NCBI RefSeq assembly: GCF_009914755.1
Contig: NC_060945.1
Strand: one strand, 5' to 3'
DNA length: 64,000 nt
DNA from: the human T2T-CHM13v2.0 reference genome, Homo sapiens
Shown: positions 43,448-58,837 of the stretch, one piece after another
Numbering within the stretch: position 1 is the stretch's first letter
Layout of the letters: every line of letters starts with the position of its first letter
Made by a program: the position numbers and the translations under genes
Notes under the pieces: model-generated
The model's input: the letters and a program-made list of their open reading frames with translations, nothing else
The model's database searches: none
Told to the model about the DNA's origin: nothing

Positions 43448-46400
43448 GCAATGGAACACAACAAAATGGAAAAAACCCGAGTGGAATGGCATGGAATGGA
43501 AAGGACTTGAATATAATGGAATGGATTGGTATCATCCCGATTAGAAATTAATGGAATGGAATGGAATGGAAAGGAATGGAATGGAATGGAACCTACACAA
43601 GTGGAATGGAATGAAATGGAAATAAATGGAATGGAATAGAATGGAAAGGAATGGAACGGAATGGAATGGAATGGAATGGAATCTACACGAGTGGAATGGA
43701 ATGGAATGGAATTTAATGGAATGGAATGGAATAGAATGGTATGGAATCAACCCGAGTGGAATGGTAAAGAATGCAATGTAATGGAACGGAATGGAATGGA
43801 ATAAAATGGAATGGAATGGAATGGAAACAACCCGAGTTGAATGGAATGGAATGGAATAACCGGAGAGGAATGGAATGGAATGCAGGGTAATGGAATGGAA
43901 TAGAATGGAATGGAATGGAATGGAATAGAATGAAATGGAAAGGAATGGAATAGAAACAACCCGAGTGGAATGGAATGGAATGGAATCCACCCGAGTGGAA
44001 TGGAATGCAATGGAATTGAACGGAATATAATGGAATTGAATAGAATCATCCTGAGTGGAATGGAATGGTATCTAATGCAATGGAGTGGAATGGAACAGAA
44101 CTGAATGGGATGGAAAGAATAGATTGAATCCAAGTGGAATTGAATGGAATGAAATGGATTCGAAAGGAATGGAATGGATTGGAATGGATTGGAATGGAAA
44201 GGAATGGATTCAACCCGAGTGGAATGTAATGGATTGGAATGGAGTGGAATGGAATGGAATGGAATCAACACGAATGGAATGGAACGGAATGGAATGGAAT
44301 GGTATGGAATGAAATAGAAAGGAACGGAATAGAATCAACCAAAGTGGAATGGAATGGAATGGAATGGAAGGGAATCAACACGAGTGGAATTGAATGGAAA
44401 GGAATGCAATGGAATGGAATGGAATGGAATGGAATGGAATGGAATGGAATTCAATGGAATCAACCCGAGTGGAATGGAATGCTATGGAATGCAATGGAAT
44501 GGAGTGGAACAGAACGGAATGGAATTGCATGGAATTGATTGAATCCGAGTGGAATTGAACGGAAGGGAATGCATTGGAATGGAATGGAAAGGATTCAACC
44601 CGAGTGGAATGTAATGGAATGGAGTGGAGTGGAATGGAATGGTATGGATTGGAATGGAATGGAATGGAATGGAATCAACACAAAGGGAATGGAATGGAAT
44701 GGAATAGAATGGAAAGGAATGGAATGGAATGGTATGGAATGTAATGTAATGGAATGGAATGGAATGAAATGGAATCAACCGGAATGGAATGGAATGGAAT
44801 GGAATGGAAATGAATCAAACCGAGTGGAATGGAATGGAATGGAATGGAAACAATGCCATGCAATGGTATCAACGGGAATGGAATGCATTGGAATGGAATG
44901 GAATGGAATCACCCTGAGTGGATAGGAAAGGAATGGAAGGGAATGGAAAGGAATGGAATGGAATGGAAACTAATGGAAGGGAATGGAAACAACCCGAGTG
45001 GAATGGAATGGAATGGAATGGAATGGAATGGAATGGAATGGAATGGAATACAACAAAATGGAAACAACCCGAGTGGAATGGCATGGAATGGAAAGGACTT
45101 GAATATAATGGAATGGATTGGAATCAACCCGATTAGAAACTAATGGAATGGAATGGAATGGAATGGAATGGAATGGAATGGAATGGATTGGAATTTACCC
45201 GAATGGAATGGAATGTAATGAAATTAAATGGAATGGAAAGGAATGGAAAGGAATGGAATGGAATCTACACGAGTGGAATGGAATTGAATTGAATTTAATG
45301 GAATTGAACGGAATACAATGATATGGAATCAACCCGTGTGGAATGGTATAGAATGTAATGTAATGGAATGGAATGGAATAAAATGGAATGGACTGGAATG
45401 GAAACAAAACGAGTGGAACGGAATGGAATAACCTGAGAGGAATGGAATGGAATGGAGTGGCATGGAATGGAATAGAATGGAATGGAATGGAATGGAATAG
45501 AATGAAATTGAAAGGAATGGAATGGAAACAACCCGTGTGGAATGGAATGGAAAGGAATCAACCTGAAGGGTATGGAATGGAATGGAATGGAATGGAATGG
45601 AATGGAATGGAATGGAATGGAATCAACCAGAGTGGAATGCAATGGAATGAAATGGAATTGAAATGAATGGAATGGAACGGAATGGAACGGAACGGAATTG
45701 AATCGAATGGAATCAACCCAAATTGAAAGGAATGGAATGGAATGGACTGGAATGGAATGGAATGGAATGGAATGGAATGGATTGGAATGGATTCAACACA
45801 AATGGAATGGAATGGAACGGAATGGAATAGAATGGAAAGGAGTGGAATGCAATTGAATGGAATGAAATGGAATAAACCCGAATGGAATGGAATGGAATGG
45901 AATGGAATTGAGTGGAATGGAATAAACACCAGTGGAATGAAATGGAATGGAATGGAATGGAATGAAATCAACACGAGTAGAACGGAACGGAATGGAATGG
46001 AATGGAAAGGAATGGAATCAACTGGAATGGAATGAAATGGAATGGAATGGAGTGGAATGTAATGGAATGCAATGGAATCAACAAGAGTGAAATGCAAAGG
46101 AATGGAATGGAATGGAATAGAATGGAATGGAATGGAATACAACAAAATGGAAAGAACTCGAGTGGAATGGCAAGGAATGGAAAGGACTTGAATAAAATGG
46201 AATGGATTGGAATCAACCCGATTAGAAACTAGTGGAAAGGAATGGAATGGAATGGAATCTGCCCGAGTGGAATGGAATGGAATGGAATTGAATGGAATGG
46301 AATGGAGTGGAATAGAATAGAATGGAATGGAATGGAACGGAATGGAAGGGAATTGAATGGAATAGAATGGAATCGAATCTACCCGAGTGGAATGGAATGG

Positions 46401-49400
46401 AAAGGAATTTAATGGAATGGAAAGGAATGGAATGGAATGGAATGGAATGGAATGGAATGGAATGGAATGGAATAAACACCAGTGGAATGAAATGGAATGG
46501 AATGGAATGGAATGCAATGGAATGGAATGGAATGGAGTGGAATGGAATAAACACCAGTGGAATGAAATGGAATGGAATGGAATGGAATGCAATGGAATGG
46601 AATGGAATGGAATGGAATGGAATGGAAACTACTGGAATGGAATGGAAACAACCCGAGTGGAATGGAATGCAATGGAATGGAATGGAATGGAATGACACGG
46701 AATGGAATGGAATGGACTGGAATGGAATTTAAAGGAATGGAATGGAATCAACCCGACTGGAATGGAATGGAATGTAAAGCAGTGAATGGAATGTAATGGA
46801 ATGAAATGGAATGGAATGGAATGGTATGCAATGCAGTGGAATGGATTTGAATGGAATGGAATGGAACGGAACGGAACGGAATGGAATGGAATGGAATGGA
46901 ATGGAATGGAATGGACACCAATGGAATGGAATGGAATTGAATGGAATGGAATGGAATGGATTGGAATGGATGGGAATGGAATGGAACGGAATTAACCGGA
47001 GTGGAATGCAATGGAATGGAATGGAGTGGAATGGAATCAACCCGAGTGGAATGGAATGGAATGGAATGGAATGGAATGGAATGGAATGGAATGGAATGGA
47101 ATGGAATGGAATCAACACGAATGGACTGGAACGAAATGGAATGGAATGGATTGGAATGGAATGGAATGGAATGGAATGGAATGGAATGGAATGGAATAGT
47201 ATGGTATGGAATGAAATGGAAAGAAACAGAATGGAATCAACCCAAGTGGAGTGGAATAGAATGGAATGGAAGGGAATCAATACGAGTCAAATGGAATGGA
47301 GTGGAATGCTATGGAATGGAATGGAATGAAATGAAATGGAATGTAATGGAATGGAATGGAATTCAAGGGAATCAATCCGAGTGGAATGGAATGGTATGGA
47401 ATGCAATGGAATGGAGTGGAACAGAACGGAATGGAATGGAATGGAATTGATTGAATCCGAATGGAATTGAATGGAAGGGAATGCATTGGAATGGAATAGA
47501 AAGGATTCAACCCGAGTGGAAAGTAATGGATTGGAATGGAATGGAAAGGAATGGAATGGAATCAACACAAATGGAATGGAATGGAATGGAAAGGAATGGA
47601 TTGCAATGGAATGGAATGGAATGGAATGGAATGGAATGGAATGGAAATGAAAGGAATGGAATGCAATGGAATGGAATGGAATGCAATGGAATGGAATGGA
47701 ATGCAATGGAATGGAATGGAATGAAATGAAATAAACCCGAATGGAATGGAATGGAATGGAATGCAATGCCATGGAATGGAATGGAATGGAGTGGAATGGA
47801 ATAAACAGAAGTGGAATGAATTGGAATGGAATGAAATGGAATGGAATGGAATGGAATGGACTGGAATGAAATAAACCCGAGTAGAATGGAACGGAATGGA
47901 TTGGAATGGAAAGGAATTGAATAAACTGGAATGGAATGAAATGGAATGGAAGGGAGTGGAATGGAATGGAATACAATGGAATCAACACGAGTGGAATGCA
48001 ATGCAACGGAAGGGAAAGGAATGGAATGGAACGGAACCAACCCGAGTGGAGTGGAATAAAGTGGAATGGAATGGAGTATGATCAACCTGAGTGGAACGGA
48101 ATGCAATGGAATGGAATGGAATGGAATGGTTTCAACCAGAGTGGAATGGAATGGAATGGAATGGAACGGAATGGAATGCAATGGAGTCAACACGAATGGA
48201 CTGGAACGTAATGGAATGGAATGGAATGGAATGGTATGGTTTGGAATGAAATGGAAAGGAACGGAATGGAATCAACCCAAGTGGAGTGGAATAGAATGGA
48301 ATGGAAGGGAATGAAGACGAGTCAAATGGAATGGAATGGAATGCAATGGAAAGGAATGGAATGCAATGAAATGGAATGGAATGGAATGGAATGGAATGCA
48401 ATGGAATGGAATGGAATTCAGTGAAATGGAATGGAAAAGAATGGAATGGAATAGAATGGAATCTACTGTAATGGAATGGAAACAACCTGAGTGGAATGGA
48501 ATGCAATGGAATGGAATGGAATGGAATGGAATGGAATGGAATGGAAAGGAACGGAATGTAAAGGAATGGAATGGAATCAACCCGACTGGAATGGAATGGA
48601 ATGGAAAGGAATGAATGGAATGGAATGGAATGGAATGGAATGGAATGGAATGGAATGGAATGGAATTGTATGGAATACAATGATATGGAATTGAATGGAA
48701 TGGAACGGAATGGAACGGAATGGAATGGAATGGACCCCAATGGAATGGAATGGAATGGAATGGATTGGAATGGAATGGAACGGAATTAACCCGAGTGGAA
48801 TGGAATGGAATGGAATGGAGTGGAATGGAATGGAATGGAATGGAATGGAATGGAATGGAAAGGAATCAACCCGAGTGGAATGCAATGAAATGGAATGCAA
48901 TGGAATGGAATGGTATGGAATCAACCCTAGTGAAATGGTATGGAATGGAATGGAATGGAACAGAATGGAATGGAATCATCCCGAATGGAATGGAAAGGAA
49001 TGGAGAGGAATGGTACGGTATGGAATGGAATGGAAAGGAATCAACCCGAAGGTTATGGAATGGAATGCAATGGAATGGAATGGAATCAACCCGAGTGGAA
49101 TGCAATCGAATAAAATGGAATGGAATGAAACGGAAAGGAACGGAATGGAACGGAATTGAAAGGAATGGAATCAAACCGAGTGGAAAGGAATGGAATGGAA
49201 TGAAATGCAATGGTGTGGAATGGAATGGAAAGGAATAACATGCAATCGACTTTAGTGGAATGGTATGGAATGGAATAATATGCAATCAACTTTGGTGGAA
49301 TGGTATAGAATGGAATGGAATGGAAAGGAATCAACCTGAAGGGTATGGAATGGAATGGAATGGAATGGAATGGAATGGAATTGAATTGAATGGAATGGAA

Positions 49401-49866
49401 TGGAATGGAATCAACCAGAGGGGAATGCAATGAAATGAAATGGAATGGAATGGAACGGAAAGCAATGGAACGGAACGGAATTGAATGGAATGGAATGAAC
49501 CCGAGTGGAAAGGAATGGAATGGAATGGAATGGAATGGAATGGAATAACATGCAATCAACTTTGGTGGAATGGTATGGAATGGAATGGAATGGAATGGAA
49601 TCGAATGGAATGGAATCAACCCGAGTGGAATGCAATGGAATGAAAAGGAATGGAATGGAACGGAACGGAACGGAACGGAACGGAATGGAATGGAATGGAA
49701 TCAACCCGAGGGGAAAAGAATGGAATGGAATGGAATGGAATGGAATGGAATGGAATGGAATGGAATGGAATAAAAGGGCATGGAATGGAATGGAATCATC
49801 CCGAGGGGAATGGAATGGAATGGAATGGAATGGAATGGAATGGAATGGAATGGAATGGAATGGAAT
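43448..49866 (+). repeat. Block B copy 3 (~6.4 kb; chimeric, with a 110 bp deletion)
   Basis: ACTAGT at 46228. Lacks the GTAACTGG...CAACATGAGTCAAA segment present in B1, B2 and B4. Confidence 0.88.
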
Positions 49867-52800
49867 CAACCTGAGTTGAACGGAATGGAATGGAATGGAA
49901 TGGAATGGAATGGAATGGTATCAACCAGAGTGGAATGGAATGGAATTGAATGGAATGGAACGGAATGGAATGCAATGGAATCAACTGGAATGGAATGGAA
50001 TTGAATGAAATGGAATGGAATCAACCTCAGTCAAATAGAATGGAATGGAATGGAATGGAATGGAATGGAATGGAATGGAATGGAATGGAATGGAAGGGAA
50101 AGGAACGGAATGGAATCAACCCGAGTGGAATGGAATGGAATGGAATGGAATCCACCCGAGTGGAATGGAATGGAATGGAATGCAATGGAATTGAACGGAA
50201 TATAATGGAATTAAATGGAATCATCCCGTGTGGAACAGATTGGTATCTAATGCAATGGAATGGAATGGAACAGAACGGAATGGAATGGAAGAATAGATTG
50301 AATCCAATTGGAATTGAATGGAATGGAATGGATTGGAAAGGAATGGAATGGATTGCAATGGATTGGAATGGAAAGGAATGGATTCAGCCCGAGTGGAATG
50401 TAATGGATTGGAATGGAATGGAATGGAATGGAATGGAATGGAATGGTATGGAATGAAATGGAAAGGAACGGAACAGAATCAACACAAGTGGAATGGAATG
50501 GAAAGGAATGCAATTGAATGGAATGGAATGGAATGGAATGGAATGGAATGGAATGGAATGGAATCAACCCGAGTGGAGTAGAATGGAATGGAATGGAATG
50601 AACCGCAGTGGAATGGAATGGAATGGAATGCAATAGAATGGAATGGAATGGAAAGGAATGGAATTCAATGGAATCAACCCGAGTGGAATGGAATGGTATG
50701 GAATGCAATGGAATGGAGTGGAACAGAACGGAATGGAATGGAATGGAAATGATTGAATCTGAGTGGAATTGAATGGAAGGGAAAGCATTGGAAAGGAATG
50801 GAAAGGATTCAACCCGAGTGGAATGTAATGGATTGGAATGGAGTGGAATGTAATGGAATGGATTGGAATGGAATGGAATCAACACAAATGGAAAGGAATG
50901 GAATGGAATGGAATAGAATGGAAAGGAATGGAATGCAATGGAATGGAATGGAATGGAATGAAATGGAATAAACCCGAATGGAATGGAATGGAATGGAATG
51001 GAATGGAATGAATTGGAATAAACCCGAGTGGAATGGAATGGAATGGAATGGAAAGGAATGGAATGGAGTGGAATGGAATGGACTGGAATGGAATGCAAAG
51101 TAATGGAATGGAACCAACCCGACTGGAATGGAATGGAATGGAATGGAAAGGAATGAATGGAATGGAATGGAATGGAATGGTATGGAATGCAATCGGATGG
51201 AATTCAATGGAATGGAACACAATGGAATGGAATGGAATGGAATGGGCCCCAATGGAATGTAATGTAATGGAATGGATTGGAATGGAATGGAATGGAATTA
51301 ACCCGAGTGGAATGGAATGTAATGGAATGGAATGGAATGGAATCAACCCGAGTGGAAAGGAATGGCATGCAATCGAATGGAATGGAATGGAATCAATCCA
51401 AGAGGAATGGAATGGAATGAAATGGAAAGCAATGGAATGGAATGGAATGGAATGGAATGGAATGGAATGGAATGGAATGGAATGGAATCAACCCGAGTGG
51501 AAAGGAATGGCATGCAATCGAATGGAATGGAATGGAATGGAATCAATCCAAGAGGAATGGAATGGAATGGAATGGAATGCAATGGAATGGAATGGAATGG
51601 AATGGAATGGAATGGAATGGAAATGAATCAAACCGAGTGGAATGTAATGTAATGTAATGGAATGGAATGGAATTTAAACAATGCAATGCAATGGTATCAA
51701 CTGGAATGGAATGCATTGGAATCGAATGGAATGGAATCACCCAGAGTTTAAAGGAATGGAATGGAATGGAATGGAATGGAATGGAATGGAATGGAAAGGA
51801 ATGGAATGGAATGGAAACTACAGGAACCGAAAAGAAAGAACCCGAGTGGAATGGAATGCAATGCAATGGAAAGGAATGGAATGGAATGGAATGGAACGGA
51901 ATAAAATGGAATGGAATGGAATCATCCCGAGTGGAATGGAATGACATGGAATGCAATAGAATGGAATGGAACAGAACGGAATGAAATGGAATGGAATAGA
52001 TTGAATGCGAGTGGAAATGAATGGAACGGAATGGATTGGAATGGAATGGAATGGATTGAAGTGGAATGGAATGGAATCAACACGAATGGAATGGAACGGA
52101 ATGGCAGGGATTGGAAAGGAACGGAATGGAATCAACCCGAGTGGAATGGAATGGAATGGAATCCACCCGATTGGAATGAAATGGAATGCAATGTAATGGA
52201 ATGCATTGGAATCAACTCGAGTGGAATGGAATGGAATGGAATGGAATGGAATGGAATGGAATGGAAGAGAATCGAATCCAATGGAATCAACTGGAATGGA
52301 ATGGAATGGAATGGAATGGAATGGAATGGAATGGAATGGAATCAATCCGGGTGGAATGGAATGGAATGGAATGGAGTGCACTGGAATTAAATGGAGTGGA
52401 ATGGAATGGAATGGAATCAACCCGTATGGAATGGAACGGAATGGAATGGAAAGGAATGGAATGGAATGGAATGGAATGGAATGGAATGGAACAGAATAGA
52501 ATGGAATCAGCCCAAATGGGATGGAATGGAATGGAATGGAATGGAATGGAATGGAATGGAATGGAATGGAATGGAATGGAATGGAATACAACAAAATGGA
52601 AACAACCCGTGTGGAATGGCATGGAATGGAAAGGACTTGAATATAATGGAATGGATTGGTATCAACCCGATTAGAAATTAATGGAATGGAATGTAATAGA
52701 ATTAAATGGAATGGAATAGAAAGGAATGGAATGGAACGGAATGGAATGGAATGGAATGCAATGGAATCTACACGAGTGGAATGGAATGGAATGGAATTTA

Positions 52801-55800
52801 ATTGAATGGAATGGAATAGAATGGTATGGAATCAACCGGAGTGGAATGGTAAAGAATGCAATGTACTGGAACGGAATGGAATGGAATAAAATGGATTGGA
52901 ATGGAAAGGAAACAACCCGAGTTGAATGGAATGGAATGGAATGGAATGGAATGGAATGGAATGGAATGGAATGGAATCAACCCGAGTGGAGTAGAATGGA
53001 ATGGAATGGAATGGAATGAACCGCAGTGGAATGGAATGGAATGGAATGCAATAGAATGGAATGGAATGGAATGGAATGGAATTCAATGGAATCACCCAGA
53101 GTGGAGTGGAATGGTATGGAATGCAATGGAATGGAGTGGAACAGAACGGAATGGAATGGAATGGAAATGATTGAATCTGAGTGGAATTGAATGGAAGAGA
53201 AAGCATTGGAAAGGAATGGAAAGGATTCAACCCGAATGGAATGGAATGGATTGGAATGGAGTGGAATGGAATGGAATGGAATGGAATGGAATCAACACAA
53301 ATGGAATGGAATGGAATGGAAGGGAATGGAATGCAATGGAATGGAATGGAATGGAATGGAATTAAATGGAATAAACCGGAATGTAATGTAATGGAATGGA
53401 ATGGAATGGAATGGAATGGAATGGAATGGAATGGAATGGAAACTACTGGAACCGAATGGAAAGAACCCGAGTGGAATGGAATGGAATGGAATGGAATGGA
53501 ATGGAATGGAATGGAACGGAATAAAATGGAATGGAATGGAATCATCCCGAGTGGAATGGAATGGCATGGAATGCAATAGAATGGAATGGAACAGAACGGA
53601 ATGAAATGGAATGGAATAGATTGAATGCGAGTGGAATTGAATGGAACGGAATGGATTGGAACGGAATGGAATGGATTGAAGTGGAATGGAATGGAATCAA
53701 CACGAATGGAATGGAACGGAATGGCAGGGATTGGAAAGGAACGGAATGGAATCAACCCGAGTGGAATGGAATGGAATGGAATCCACCCGATTGGAATGAA
53801 ATGGAATGGAATGTAATGGAATGCATTGGAATCAACTCGAGTGGAATGGAATGGAATGGAATGGAATGGAATGGAACAGAAATGAATCCAATGGAATCAA
53901 CTGGAATGGAATGGAATGGAATGGAATGGAATGGAATGGAATGGAATGGAATCAATCCGGGTGGAATGGAATGGAATGGAATGGAGTGCACTGGAATTGA
54001 ATGGAGTGGAATGGAATGGAATGGAATCAACCCGTATGGAATGGAACGGAATGGAATGGAAAGGAATGGAATGGAATGGAATGGAATGGAACAGAATAGA
54101 ATGGAATCAGCCCAAATGGGATGGAATGGAATGGAATGGAATGGAATGGAATGGAATGGAATGGAATGGAATGGAATGGAATGGAATTCTATGGAATCAA
54201 CCGTAGTGTAATGTAAATGAATGGAATATAATGGAATGGAATGGAAGGGAATGGAATCAACCCAAGTGCATTGGAATGGAATGGAATGCAACGGAATCAA
54301 CCCGAGAGTAATGGAATGGAAAGCAATTGAATGGAATGGAAAGGAATGGAATGGAATCAACCCGACAGGAATGGAATGGAATGGTATGGAATCAAACCGA
54401 GTGGAATGGAATGGAATGGAATGGAAAGGAATGCAATGGAATGGAATGGAAAGGAATGGAATGGAATGGAATGGAAAGAACCCGAATGGAAAGGAATGGA
54501 ATGGAATTGAATGGATTGGAATGGAATGGAATTGAATCAACCCGAGTGGAATGGAATGGAATCGAGTGGAGTTGAATGGAATGGAATGGAATGGAATAAA
54601 ATAAACCCGAATGGAATGGAATGGAATGGAATGGAATGGAATGGAATGGAAAGGAATCAACCTGAGTGGAGTGGAATGGAATGGAATTTCATGAAATGGA
54701 ATGGAATGGAATGGTATGGAATAAACACGAGTGGAATGTTATGGAATGCAAAGGAATGGAACGGAATGGAATGGAATAAAATGGAATGGAATGGAATGGA
54801 ATCAACTCGAGTGAAATGGAATGGAATGAAATGGAATGGAAAGGAATGAAATCAACCGGAGTGCAGTGGAATGGAATGGAGTGGAATGGAATGGAATGGA
54901 ATGGAATGGAATGGAATGGAATGGAATGGAATGGCATGGAATGGAATGCAATGGAATACAACAAAATGGAAACAACCCGTGTGGAATGGCATGGAATGGA
55001 AAGGACTTGAATATAATGGAATGGATTGGTATCAACCCGATTAGAAATTAATGGAATGGAATGTAATAGAATTAAATGGAATGGAATAGAATGGAATGGA
55101 ACGGAACGGAATGGAATGGAATGGAATGGAATGGAATGGAATGGAATGGAATGGAATGGAATCTACACGAGTGGAATGGAATGGAATGGAATTTAATGGA
55201 ATGGAATGGAATAGAATGGTATGGAATCAACCCGAGTGGAATGGTAAAGAATGCAATGTAATGGAACGGAATAGAATGGAATAAAATGGATTGGAATGGA
55301 ATGGAAACAACCCGAGTTGAATGGCATGGAATGGAATGGAATAGAATGGAATGGAATGGAGTAACCGGAGAGGAATGGAATGGAATGCAGTGTAATGGAA
55401 TGGAATAGAATGGAATGGAATGAAATGGAATGGAATAGAATGAAATGGAAAGGAATGGAATAGAAACAACCCGAGTGGAATGGAAAGGAATGGAATCCAC
55501 CCGAGTGGAATGGAATGCAATGGAATGGAACTGAATATAATGGAATTGAAAGGAATCATCCCGAGTGGAATGGAATGGTATCTAATGCAATGGAGTGGAA
55601 TGGAACAGAACGGAATGGAATGGAAAGAATAGATTGAATCCAAGTGGAATTGAATGGAATGAAATGGATTGGAAAGGAATGGAATGGATTGGTATGGAAA
55701 GGAATGGATTTAACCCGAGTGGAATGTAATGGATTGGAATGGAGTGGAATGGAATGGAATGGAATCAACACGAATGGAATGGAACGGAATGGAACGGAAT

Positions 55801-58800
55801 GGAATGGAATGGTATGGAATGAAATAGAAAGGAACGGAATAGAATCAACCCAAGTGGAATGGAATTGAATGGAATGGAAGGGAATCAACACGAGTGGAAT
55901 TGAATGGAAAGGAATGCAATGGAATGGAATGGAATGGAATGGAATGGAATGGAATCAACCCGAGTGGAATGGAATGGAATGGAATGCAATAGAATGGAAT
56001 GGAATGGAATGGAATGGAATGGAATGGAATGGAATGGAATGGAATTCAATGGAATCAAACCGAGTGGAATGGAATGCTATGGAATGCAATGGAATGGAGT
56101 GGAACAGAACGGAATGGAATTGAATGGAATTGACTGAATCCGAGTGGAATTGAACGGAAGGGAATGCATTGGAATGGAATGGAAAGGATTCAACCCGAGT
56201 GGAATGAAATGGAATGGAGTGGAGTGGAAAGGAATGGTATGGATTGGAATGGAATGGAATGGAATCAACACAAAGGGAATGGAATGGAATGGAATAGAAT
56301 GGAAAGGAATGGAATGGAATGGTATGGAATGCAATGTAATGGAATGGAATGGAATGAAATGGAATAAACCCGAATGTAATGGAATGGAATGGAATGGAAC
56401 GGATTGGAATGGAATGGAATGGAATGGAATGGAATGGAATGGAATGGAGTGGAATGGAATGGAAATCAGTCAAACCGAGTGGAATGTAATGGAATGGAAT
56501 GGAATGGAATGGAAAGAGTGCAAAGCAATGCTATCAAAGGGAATGAAATGCATTGGAATGGAATGGAATGGAATCACCCTGAGTGGAAAGGAATGCAGTG
56601 GAATGGAATGGAAAGGATGGAATGGAAAGGAAACTAATGGAACGGAATGGAAACAACCCGAGTGGCATGGAATGCATTGGAATGGAATGGAATGGAATGG
56701 AATGGAATGGAATACAACAAAATGGAAACAACACGAGTGAAATGGCATGGAATGGAAATGACTTGAATATAATGGAATGGATTGGAATCAACCCGATTAG
56801 AAACTAATGGAATGGAATGGAATGGAATGGAACGGAATGGAATCTACACATGTGGAATGGAAAGTAATGGAATTAAATGGATTGGAATGGAATGTAATGG
56901 AATGGAACGGAATGGAATGGAATGGAATGGAATCTACCCGAGTGGAATGGAATGGAATGGAATTTCATGGAATGAAATGGAATAGAATGGTATGGAATCA
57001 ACCCGAGTGGAATGGTAAAGAATGCAATGTAATGGAACGGAATGGAATGGAATAAAATGGAATGGAATGGAATGGAAACAACCCGAGTTGAATGGAATGG
57101 AATGGAATGGAATGGAATAACCGGAGAAAAATGGAATGGAATGCAGTGTAATGGAATGGAATAGAATGGAATGGAATGGAAAGGAATGGAATAGAATGAA
57201 ATGGAAAGGAATGGAATAGAAACAACCCGAGTGGAATGGAATGGAATGGATTCCACCCGAGTGGAATGGAATGGAATGGAATGGAAAGGAATACAATGGA
57301 ATGGAATGGAACCGTCCCGAGTGGAATGGAATGGTATGGAATGCAATAGAATGTAATGGAACAGAACGGAATGAAATGGAATGGAATAGATTGAATGCGA
57401 GTGGAATTGAATGGAACGGAATGGATTGGAATGGAATGGAATGGATTGGAGTGGAATGGAATGGAATCAACACGAATGGAACGGAATGGAATGGCATGGA
57501 TTGGAAAGGAACGGAATGGAATCAACCCAAGTGGAATGGAATGGAATGGAATCCACCCGATTGGAATGAAATGGAATGGAATGGAATGGAATGTATTGGA
57601 ATCAACTCGAGTGGAATGGAATGGAATGGAATGGAATGGAATGGAATGGAATGGAATGGAACAGAATCGAATCCAATGGAATCAACTGGAATGGAATGGA
57701 ATGGAATGGAATAAATCCGGGTGGAATGGAATGGAATGTAATGGAGTGCACTGGAATTGAATGGAGTGGAATGGAATGGAATGGAATGGAAAGGAATGGA
57801 ATCAACCCGTATGGAATGGAACGGAATGGAATGGAAAGGAAGGGAATGGAATGGAATGGAACAGAATAGAATGGAATCAGCCCGAATGGGATGGAATGGA
57901 ATGGAATGGAATAGAATGGAATGGAATGGAATGGAATGGAATGGAATGGAATGGAATGGAATTCTATGGAATCAACCGTAGTGTAATGTAAATGAATGGA
58001 ATATAATGGAATGGAATGGAAGGGAATGGAATCAACCCAAGTGCATTGGAATGGAATGGAATGCAACGGAATCAACCCGAGAGTAATGGAATGGAAAGGA
58101 ATGGAATGGAATGGAAAGAAATGGAATGGAATCAACCCGACAGGAATGGAATGGAATGGTATGGAATCAAACCGAGTGGAATGGAATGGAATGGAATGGA
58201 ATGGAATGGAATGGAATGGAATGGAATGGAATGGAATGGAATTTAATGGAGTGCTATGGAATCAACCCGAGTGGAATGGAATGGAATGGAATGGAATGGA
58301 ATGGAATGGAATGGAATGGGATGGAATGGAATGCAATGGAATGGAATGGAATGGAATGGAATGGAATGGAATGAACCCGAATGGAATGGAATGGAATGGA
58401 ATTGAATGGATTGCAATGGAATGGAATTGATTCAACCCGAGTGGAATGGAATGGAATCGAGTGGAGTTGAATGGAATGGAGTGGAATGGAATGGAATGGA
58501 ATGGAATGAAATAAACCCGAATGGAATGGAATGGAATGGAATGGAATGGAATGGAATGGAATGGAAAGGAATCAACCCGAGTGGAGTGGAATGGAATGGA
58601 ATTTCATGAAATGGAATGGAATGGAATGGTATGGAATAAACACGACTGGAATGGTATGGAATGGAACGGAATGGAATGGAATAAAATGGAATGGAATGGA
58701 ATGGAATCAACTCGAGTGAAATGGAATGGAATGAAATGGAATGGAAAGGAATGTAATCAACCGGAGTGGAGTGGAATGGAATGGAGTAGAATGGAATGGA

Positions 58801-58837
58801 ATGGAATGGAATGGAATGGAATGGAATGGAATGGAAT
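49867..58837 (+). repeat. Block A copy 3 (~9.0 kb)
   Basis: GGGCCC at 51244. Near-identical to A2 apart from GGAAT run lengths and rare substitutions. Confidence 0.9.

Larger units (their letters stand above)
34467..49866 (+). repeat. ~15.4 kb higher-order unit (A2-B3), lacking block C and one B equivalent
   Basis: GGGCCC at 35849 and 51244 (offset 15,395). Start landmark at 34467 and 49867 (offset 15,400). Identical ORF translations recur at offsets of 15,385-15,395, e.g. 41488/56873, 43042/58432 and 33300/48695. Confidence 0.9.
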
